Source: the human T2T-CHM13v2.0 reference genome, Homo sapiens
Direction: 5' to 3' (one strand)
Length of the DNA: 64,000 nucleotides
Assembly (NCBI RefSeq): GCF_009914755.1
Contig: NC_060935.1
Shown: positions 55,603-64,000 of the stretch, in pieces
Layout: each line of letters opens with the position of its first letter
Position numbering within the stretch: the stretch's first letter is position 1
Made by a program: the position numbers and the translations under genes
The notes under the pieces: generated by a model
Database searches by the model: none
The model's input: the letters and a program-made list of their open reading frames with translations, nothing else
What the model was told of the DNA's origin: nothing

Positions 55603-58409
55603 AGCCTGTATTTCTTCTTCATAGTTATTGCAAAGCAAAGTAATCAATCCTAAGGTGTGAGCTGTAAGAAAATAGAATATTTAGCAGGTATTGGTAATTT
55701 GGAAGAGAAATAACTAGGAGACATACAAGCTTTCTGATAATTCTGGGAGATACTAGGATAGAGAGACTGGGTTTCCCTAACATGTCTGAAATGTGAATTT
55801 AAGTAATTTTCACTCAAATAAAATTCGATGCATAAATTGAGGAACTAGGGATTTTCAGGCAACTATTAGTTATGGGGATTTCATTATACCCACTCTCTAT
55901 TTCACAGGGCACATGGCTTGTTATAAGGCTCAAACAAAACATTATGTATAAACTCTTATTGTGCTTTATAAGGTCATAATCAAGTGTGTTCATAAAATCA
56001 TCTGAATAACATAAAGGCTCATGATTACAGTAAATGTAGAAGAGAGATTTTCAAATATGTTTTATCACAGAACACACTCCAATTAATTAAATAATTTATT
56101 GTTATACTATTTTGATGTTTTAATAAATGTCTACTTTAAGCCAGAAAACAATGACAGATAATAAAAGTGAATATTCATAGGAAACAGCTAGTGTGAATGC
56201 AGGGGAACCTAATAAATGTTTATTAAAAACCTTCAAAGTCTAAAATAATCTTTAAATACTCTAGAAGTCACATAAATAGCAAAACTAAATTAAATTAATT
56301 TTCAGTGACTTTAAAACAAGGCATCAATTTGTTGCTGCTGCCATGACTGACTGAATGTATCTCAGGGTGGGTAGGTGGGTCACGGACCATCACTTGAAGT
56401 ACAATTCTCTTGACAATTCAGTCATCTTTAAAAATTGATTTCAGTAGTTTCTATATGAACCAGAGACAACTCATAACATATTACTTTGTTAATGCAAACT
56501 TCTAGGCTAAGTTATCTATTGATGACACTACAATTAAAAAAATCTTCTAAAATTATAAATAAAATTTAAAGTAGAATGTTGAATATCACAGAAGAGTTAA
56601 AGTCAAATGAGAAATGATTTTTCAGTATTTTAATTTGAAACTAAAAGTAGAAGTGAGATATATATGTGAAAAATATCTAACAAGCATAATCAAGATGAAG
56701 CTTATATATTTATTAGTTAAAATAATATTTTTTAAATTAAAGAGGTTTATATTACCCTAAAACTGATATGCATTATCTCAGAAAAAAAAACTTGAGCTGA
56801 AAATTAAAATTATAAAACTATTCAGTGAAAAGCAAATTATAAGGTAGTACATATTTATACATTTGAACATTTATGTTACTCCTTGGCATGCTATGAATCT
56901 GACGTTAGTTTTAATCATTTATTCTTTCAGACTGTAATTAATTTGCTCCATTACCCACACATACAGATGGATGGGTGGATGCATGGATAGATAGGTCCAT
57001 GTATAGATATATACATACAGTACTCATAACTTGAAAATGAAGATTTTTGTACCACTCTTTCTTGTCAACTCCAACTAATGAGTGATAATAACTATAATAC
57101 AGCCCCAACTCATTGTCAAGAAAGGCAAAATCTAAAAGCTTAGTATGGTTCCAAAAATATTTTTTAATGTTTTTTCTTTGCCGTTTAAAGCATGTTTTAA
57201 GTGTTTAACAATGATTTGAAGGATTACTCTTCATTAAAGGAATACTCCACAAATAAAAAATAAGGCTAAAAAATCAAACTACTGCTGATCTCTCTAATGA
57301 AGAGGCTCAAACTCTAAGATTAAGGTACACATAGAAAAGAATGACAGTAGTTCAAGCAAGAGAGCCATAAGGTAGGAGAAACTACCAAGCATCTGTTCTC
57401 AGTCAAGCATCCACCCTTTAAGATGCTTCTGATCCAGCTGTAATGGCACTTTCCCCAGCTCGCATTTCATGCTGTATATCCATGAGAGGCAGGAGAGTGC
57501 AATGGCTGGGTGTGGCCTCTGGCATGAGCTAACCTGACTTTGAAACCTGACCCCAGCCCAGTGAGTTAAGCAAGACTTTTTCTGTCCTTAAGGTAATGTC
57601 TTACATTAGTTACTGACTTTTGGCATGCATATATGCAGAACTAGACTTTGAATTATCCATGCTTTACTCATTTTTTATCTTTTGCATTTAGCACAATGTA
57701 TAAGCTTTTTTATGAGAAAGGAAAGAAAAAGGTGAGAGAGGATATAAATTTCTGTGGGTTCTCAAGAGTTTGTATAAAAATTGGATTATGAGATGGTTCT
57801 GGGTAGATTAGCATTAAAGTGATCCTATGGATATTGAGACATTGAGAATCTGTACCTGAAATTTACTATTGATATATTGATGTCCACGGCCAATTAAACA
57901 TATAGAAGAGGATCTATAGTTCTGATTAGAACACACATTTTGCTTTAGGACTGCAACCAGAAAAAAAATGCCCCACAGAATTATCTTTAGAGATTAACAA
58001 AGGTTTAAACTTGCCAATGAAACAAGGTAGGGAAAATTAAAGTTTTCACAGAATAAAACAGAGAAACAAATTTTCTTTCAAGCAATTGTTTAAAAGAATG
58101 CACCTGTAGTCCAGTTTAGATTTTTTTCCAAGAAATCATTTAAGATATCTTATGGAATTATGAGGAAGAAGAGCTTTCTAAGGTTTTGGAAATGTGACAG
58201 AATAGATTATCAGGGATGTAATTTCAGGATGGAAAATTGTCAAGTTTATTCAAAAGTGACATATCTCTTATAAGGAAAAAAACATTTTTTAAAATTTTAT
58301 ACTGACTTTTGAAAAAGTTGAAGCAATTTAAAATTAATATGGAACATTATGTATCTCTTGAATATTAAAAAAGCCATATTTATTTTCTTCCTTTCTTTTT
58401 TCTTCCCTT

Positions 58410-59060
58410 TTCATTCATTTATTTATTCATTCTTCAGAAAATGAATAAAGGTTAATGAAAAGTTTATTATGTAGAAGGGTTTTTTATGTAAAAGGCACTT
58501 TTCACATCCTGGAGAAATGAAGATTAGAAAGTCAAAACATCTTCAAAAAACACAGTTTAGTCAAATGGGAAAAATAATAACAATGAATTGTATTAATATA
58601 CAATAATATTACTACAAAGGATGATTATAATAATTGACTCATTCAGGAGTAAATTAGTGAATTAGTCAGAAAAAAGCCATATAGGTAAATGACTCCAATG
58701 ATACTGGGATTAAAAGAAGAAATTTTACAACTAGAAAGATAAATGTAACCATTTTAGCATAGAGACCAATATATTCTAACAAAAGAGGTAAAGAAAAACC
58801 CCACATAATGAACCATAGTGCTTATTCATTCATTTTTAAAAATCTTTATTAGGTTTTTTGTATTAGACACTGAAGATGAACAGCCAAAAAATACGGACTA
58901 GCTCTCCTTCACTAGAATATCATGTGGGAAACAGACAAGTAAAATTGAGTAATCACAACACCTAATCATAATTGCTAGGTAGAGGTAATACAGGGCTTTA
59001 AGGATGGAGAGCAAAGTACATGTAACTCAATATAGGTAAGATATATTTCACAAGATGTTT
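58410..59060 (-). mobile_element. Two degenerate L2 3'-end fragments
   Basis: cattcatt-type L2 tails at about 58412 and 58825, each followed by antisense L2-like sequence. Confidence 0.5.
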
Positions 59061-59084
59061 TTTATAAAAAGGAACAAGAAAAAA

Positions 59085-61330
59085 GTCTCTGCCATTGTCA
59101 CTTAATGTATTAGCTCTATTCCTCTATTCTCTTTTCTCCCCTTCTGGGACACAAAGTGTGGTATACTAGACATTTTGATGGTACCCCAGGTTTCTTGAAG
59201 CTTTTCCATCTTTTTTCCTCTTTATTTTACATTGCATATTTTTATGGACATGCTTTGACATCACTAATTCTCTGTTTTTGTGTATTCTGTATATTGCTAA
59301 ACCCATCCAATGAGTTTTTAATTTCAGATATAATATTTTTTAGTTCCAAAATACATTTGATTCTTTCATGCAAATTATAAAGATATGTTAAAATCTTCCA
59401 AGTTTTTCATTTTCATTTCGCATCTTTGCCTGTTTTTGTATATTTTAATTATTTTAAGATATTTATCTTTTATCTCTAGTACCTGAATCAATTATGGATA
59501 TCTTCTATGTTATAGTTTTTCTCTTTCTTTTTGGTCATTTGTTCCTACTTCTTAGAATGTCTCATTTTTGACTGGATGATGAAATTGTGGATGACAAATT
59601 TAGAAAATATTAGTATTTATGTTTTTTATAAAGAGAAATTAATTTTATTCTGAATTTCTTCTGAAATCCAGTAACAATTGATCAGCTTGATCCTGCCTTT
59701 TTGCTGCTTGTTTTTCAAGTAGGTTTATTTTATAATTTCCCTTACTCCTAAGGTGAAGCACTTATTCCTAGGAAGTTACTTTTAAGGTATACCTCTTGCT
59801 CCAAGTTTGTGGCCTTATGGGTTTTTAGCTAAAAGCTCATGTGGTTTACCATAATGTCTCCACATTGGTAAAACCTGAAAGTACAACCTTGCTTTCTAAC
59901 TCTCTAGAGCATCTAAAATCTTTCTTCAGTATCCTCCCAGCTATTGTGTTGTACTAGGTATCTTAAAGTTATGCCTTTATTATTGTATATGCTCAGGAGT
60001 CCAAGGCTTGAGTGGTGTTTGCATATAGATTTAAGGGCTCCTTCTGTAGAGTTCTTCCCTTTATGGGTTCGTATTTCTTAAATCACAGCCATTTGATGGA
60101 ACTAGACTATAATGTCTCCAAGTTCAGGAAGGCTGCTGCTTTTTACATGCACTCTACTTCATACACAATGATTTGGTAATATCCTTGAGGAAAAAGACAA
60201 AGTGAATATGGATATTACATCACATCTGCCCTCTGTCAAGGATTATAGGTCACCAAGTCCTGTGTGCATTGATCACTTTCCAACACCTTCCAAATACAGG
60301 TTGTTTTGGTTTTTATTTTTGTTTTGTTTCTTTTTTTACACAGGGTTTTGCTCTGTTGCCCAGGCTGGAATGCCAAAATATAGTTTTATTATATTATTAT
60401 AATAGATTATTGAGTTATCTTTCTGCAGCAGAATTAATCTATTAGCATGTTGGTGGGGAATGGAACAGGATACAGTTTTCTTTGATCTGATTAAAGTTTG
60501 CTGTTATGCAGGCATTGTGATCCTGGATTTAGCAGGCATGGATTTCACCATGTTTCTATCCCCACTCCAGTCATAATACTGGGGCTAGCCTGTATTCCTA
60601 GCCTTCCTCGGGGGAGGAGATTGTTTTTATTTTCCGTCCCCATCTCCCAGCTGAACTGTGTTTTTAACCAATGTCCTTAGATTATAGTGTTGGTCTCCAT
60701 CCCCTGCAGATTAAGGTTTCTTTGACTTTACTTTGGAGAGACATAGGTCTGGGAGAGTTTAGGTGCTGGCTTCTGTTCCCTACAATAATTGCAGTGGGAT
60801 TCTGCCAGTATGCATCGGCTACAGGTTTTGATGGCTTTCTCTCTGGAGTCTTTTGTTTCATTTTGGAGGCAGAAGTGAGTTGAAATATTTCAGCAGTGAC
60901 TGCTATTCCCTTCCCCAAGTAAGTCATAAAGAGAATGTTCTCTAGATTGTCTTTGCTCCACTCTGCGTGATTCTGGTGAGGTTACTGAAAAAAAAAAAAA
61001 AGCCTGCAAGAGGAAGAACTCCTGTATGTCTGTATCCTCCAGAGTCTTCATACTCTCACTCCAGCCCATATTTGTCCTTTAGTGACTCATTAAAAATTTC
61101 TAGCTTTATCTTCCTCCTGGCTTATTTAGATTCAGATGGCTCAGAATTGACTCAGATATTCAAATGTTCACTTTTTTCCTTCGCTGCAGTTACATTTCCA
61201 GATTTTTGTTGCTTGTTTGCATTGCAATCTTAGTTCTCTGATAAATTCAAGAAAAGTTGCTAATTTGAAATTTGTCTAGCTTTCTAGTTGTTCTGAGGCT
61301 CTTTTCACATCTCTACATCTCTGAGCTGAA
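59085..61330 (-). mobile_element. Old L1ME/L1M 5'-ORF1 region relic, with a short Alu/FLAM fragment near 60300-60370
   Basis: ctccccttctgggac, aacccatccaatgagtttttaatttcagatataatatttttagttc are typical antisense L1M ORF1 phrases; cagggttttgctctgttgcccaggctggaatgc is Alu-derived. Confidence 0.55.
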
Positions 61331-61496
61331 AACCAGAATTCAGAATATATGATTTTTAAAATTCCGTTTTAAATTGAATTGAAAGGATGGTAGCAGAATT
61401 TCTTACTCCTCCAAAATATATTAAGAAACAATATATAGAAAATAAGTTTTAAACATACTTACTTGCTAGGAAAATGATGAATTATATTTACTTATA

Positions 61497-62009
61497 TGCC
61501 AAGACCAGCTCAGTTTGGGAGACTCTAACCCAGTGGCGCTAGAGGAATTAAAGACACATACACAGAAATATAGAGGTGTGAAGTGGGAAATCAGGGGTCT
61601 CACAGCCTTCAGAGCTGAGAGCCCCAAACAGAGATTTACCCACATATTTATTAACAGCAAGCCAGTCATTAGCATTGTTTCTATAGATATTAAATTAGCT
61701 AAAAGTATCCCTTATGGGAAACGAAGGGATGGGCCGAATTAAAGGAATAGGTTGGGCTAGTTAACTGCAGCAGGAGCATGTCCTTAAGGCACAGATCACT
61801 CATGCTATTGTTTCTGGCTTAAGAATACCTTTAAGCAGTTTTCCGCCCTGGGTGGGCCAGGTGTTCCTTGCCCTCATTCCGGTAAATCCACAACCTTCCA
61901 GCAAGGGCTTTATGGCCATCAGGAACATGTCACAGTGCTGCAGAGATTTTGTTTATGGCCAGTTTTGGGGCCAGCTTATGGCCAGATTTTGGGGGGCTTA
62001 TTCCCAACA
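61497..62009 (-). mobile_element. MER9 solo LTR of HERV-K(HML-3)
   Basis: 513 bp, TG...CA termini, ccagtggcgctagaggaattaaagacac and repeated tttatggccag; TSD cttata 61491-61496 / tttata 62010-62015. Confidence 0.9.
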
Positions 62010-63214
62010 TTTATACACTTATGAGATTGGAAACTACCTTAACATTTCAATCCATTTTTCTTCTTTAGCATACTGACCAAAATAGGCAATATAGATTTTT
62101 AGCTAACCTTAACATTATTCACTGTAACAATCTATCCATCCTCCATGATCTCAGTTTATTTTGAAAATTGCGATACAACCTGCAGTATCATTAATGCCCT
62201 GGTGTTAGAGATGTGGAAACCTAAGGATTGAAAGTACCTTAGAGATAAAGTCAGGAGTTCTCAACCAGGACATAAATCATCTGCAAAATTGCATGTAGAA
62301 AACACTGAGATATTTTGAGGAATGGCTCAATGTATTTTATTAAATTCACAAAAATATCATGGCCCTAAGATTGTTAAATGACACTGATGCAACTATGTAT
62401 TATAGAAATGCATCTATTTAAATTCCATATTTCTGGAGAGATTAATCTTGTGTCCACAGTCTTAATTCCTATAACAATATTTAGAACTACATTTAAATGT
62501 CATTTCAAAAGTATCTGAAGGAAATAAAAGAGGAAGGAACAAAATTTTCTGTACATGAATCATGTGTTAATACCAAAATCCTCAACGTCTATCTTCAAAG
62601 AAAAAAATTTATGTCTAATTCTTCATGCTCGTGACTGTTGCTTTGATTTGCCTTATTGATGAATTTTAACACTAGGATACTACAATATCACCATTTATAG
62701 TATTGATAAATATATTAAGTACATAAGAAAAATAACTTTCCACAGTCAAACTTATGTAACTGTGAGTACCTAATACTTGCTCATCTTTAAACTTTATTAC
62801 TGTAATACATAGCTTTATTATGATGAATATTTGGAAAGCTGTCACAAATGGCTATTTTAAGAGCATTTTTATTCATAAAAGAATAACGTTTAACAATATT
62901 AAATTAATAAATACTTGAAGCATTTGGTGAATAATGTTAGCTAGATGATTTTTTAAGAATAAAAAATGAGCTAAGCACATACATAAGAGTAGAAATATAT
63001 TGAAGATTACAGAGTGCTAAAATGAATCCATACATTTAAGCCATCAAAAATGTTGAGAATATACAAACTTCAAAGAGCTTAATTTTTATTAACTCATACA
63101 ATTAGAATAAATATACCATTGTAAAATATAAGGAAGCTTCAACTGGATATAAGCAATAAGCAAAAAAGTGTTGTTTTTTTTTTACATTATCCTGCCTTAG
63201 TTTCTTCATTTCAA

Positions 63215-63340
63215 TGCGTCCATTTAAGTTGTGTATAATATTGAGTTACAGAACTATTGTATTCCCAGTGCCAAGCTCAGGACACAGCATGAAATTGGTG
63301 CTTAATCCATACTTGGTAAATAATTGGATGAATGAATCAT
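63215..63340 (+). mobile_element. L2 3' end fragment
   Basis: ttgtattcccagtgccaagctcaggacacagcat...ggtgcttaat...atgaatgaat. Confidence 0.55.
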
Positions 63341-64000
63341 AGTTTTACAGTTTGACTATCATTTGTTCTATAGAATTCCTTCTGAAACTATTTGTCTGGC
63401 TTCTCTGTAAAAATTACAACTAAAATTTCTTCTACCTCATTTCTCATTAAATTTCTTTCAGAAAAAAGTAATCAATTAATTCAATATAAGATATCAATGG
63501 TTAAGTTGATTTTAATATGCTAAATTTTTCAGAAAGCAGAGTCCATATTGCATTTATTGTTTTATTCTTAAAGAAACTGTGGCTCAGAGCTGAGAAATGT
63601 GATGTGGGGTAGAAGGTTGATTTCCTAGTTCTGTGGACTATAATATATGAAATACTTGTTGCATCGTAATCCTCAAATATTGTTTGTCTATATTTCAACT
63701 TTTTGTCAAAGTTGTGATTTTACAATTTATTTGAGAATTGCTTACTTTTTAATGTTTTTGTTTTTCTTTAGTTTTCAACAAATTTAATTTCAAAAAATAA
63801 ATTTCCATTAATGTGGACTTAAGATATTATATATTGTATAATCAAAATTTATTTTTAAACTTAGAACTGACTGTTGATTACATAGGTATTGTGTGTTCTC
63901 TAAAATAATCAAATATTTTGATAGTTTTTTAAATTCATGAAGCCTAAATAATGCTTATTTTTGAGAGCATGATTTGTTTTACTTATGTAATTTTTTAAAT

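Overview
AT-rich, repeat-dense primate (probably human or ape) intergenic or intronic DNA. I cannot support any host protein-coding exon or RNA gene; the longer ORFs in the track are retroelement remnants or chance ORFs. Main contents: (1) 1-11.7 kb, old L1 fragments carrying three Alus and two LTR-internal-LTR MaLR (THE1/MST) elements; (2) 21.9-37.6 kb, a nested stack in which a MIR is split by a full-length L1MA-type element that holds an MST/THE1D-like element (with a second complete THE1 inside its 5' LTR), an AluS, and an AluSp split by a 2-kb L1PA4-like insertion; (3) 45354-50233, a minus-strand HERV-K(HML-5)/LTR22 provirus with tRNA-Met PBS and gag-pro and env deletions; (4) a MER9 solo LTR plus scattered MIR, L2, MER5, MER58, MLT and MST relics. 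I found no convincing new biological system. The best leads are a candidate recursive splice site at 54362-54370, a 48-bp micro-inversion in a THE1 internal region, intact DUX4 motifs in nested LTRs, a G-quadruplex-type tract in only one HML-5 LTR, and a double-hairpin tandem duplication at 53414-53467. Repeat subfamily names come from recalled consensus sequences and need RepeatMasker/Dfam confirmation.
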